Assembly: GCA_001938485.1 (NCBI GenBank)
Contig: MQRK01233198.1
Coordinates: forward strand, 26,139 to 77,612
Direction of reading: 5' to 3'
Length of the DNA stretch: 51,474 bases
Source: Girardia tigrina
Lineage: Eukaryota
The translations under genes were made by a program, and so were the position numbers. Positions 51,070-51,474 of the stretch are shown in pieces. The notes beneath the pieces were generated by a model that saw only the letters and a program-made list of their open reading frames with translations, was not told the DNA's origin and did no database searches. How positions within the stretch are numbered: the stretch's first letter is position 1; the number at the start of each line of letters is the position of its first letter.

Positions 51070-51474
51070 AGATCTGGTTCGTTTGTGGTCAACTTTTCTC
51101 CCTCACTTTCGATTTTGGACCAAAGAGACTGTTTATCCTTAAACTGAGTATTTTCATACACTCTGTTCTTTAATATGGACCAAATTTCTCAATTGGACTG
51201 ATATCTGGACTATGAGCTGGCCATTTTAAAATATCAACGCCTTCCTCCTCAATGGTACTGATCGTATATTTATTTGTGTGACACGGGGCGTTGTCTTGTT
51301 GAAATATAAATGACTCCATTGATGATTTTAAGACAGGGAAAATATCATCTCTGAAAAGATCACAATATTTCTCGCTGTTTAAGTTTCCTTCGATTATACG
51401 CAGTAGTAATTGACCTGTATAAGTCATAGCACCCCATACCATTATGGATCCTCCTTTGTAAGGTCTCCTATTGA
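51070..51474 (-). mobile_element. Tc1 (DD34E) transposase catalytic region, continuing beyond the window
   Basis: MVWGAM...FIFQQD-x34-E (QQDNAPCH...WPAHSPDISPIE), with a frameshift after the E. Confidence 0.92.

Noticed and set aside
1-51474. CRISPR arrays, tRNA/rRNA genes, prokaryotic operons
   Set aside because: No spaced direct repeats, cloverleafs or rRNA-like sequence were seen, and the organisation is eukaryotic.

Overview
Very AT-rich eukaryotic (probably invertebrate animal) genomic DNA with five assembly gaps. One host gene can be reconstructed on the + strand from five phase-compatible GT-AG exons (17903-18132, 21387-21690, 23611-24018, 28180-28527, 28630-28881; 1542 nt, 513 aa). 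It joins a BED/Di19-like C-x2-C-x20-H-x4-H finger, a Ser/Pro-rich region with a basic patch and an eh1-like motif, and a C-terminal PPC/DUF296 domain. GC-richer islands carrying clustered TGT[CG]ACA/TGACAG and T-box-like motifs surround its 5' half. Its third intron holds a fold-back Penelope-like element with two identical minimal hammerhead ribozyme motifs. The rest is mostly decayed mobile elements: three full-length mariners, Tc1 and DD37E-like remnants (one apparently with an intron), two more Penelope fragments, hAT and pogo-like MITEs, two APE-type LINE pieces and a CsRn1-like Ty3/gypsy element with a recognisable -1 frameshift signal. There is also a near-perfect 135-bp-arm palindrome and a cyclophilin-H/PPP-phosphatase chimeric pseudogene. 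All calls come from reading the sequence by eye; no searches were run.
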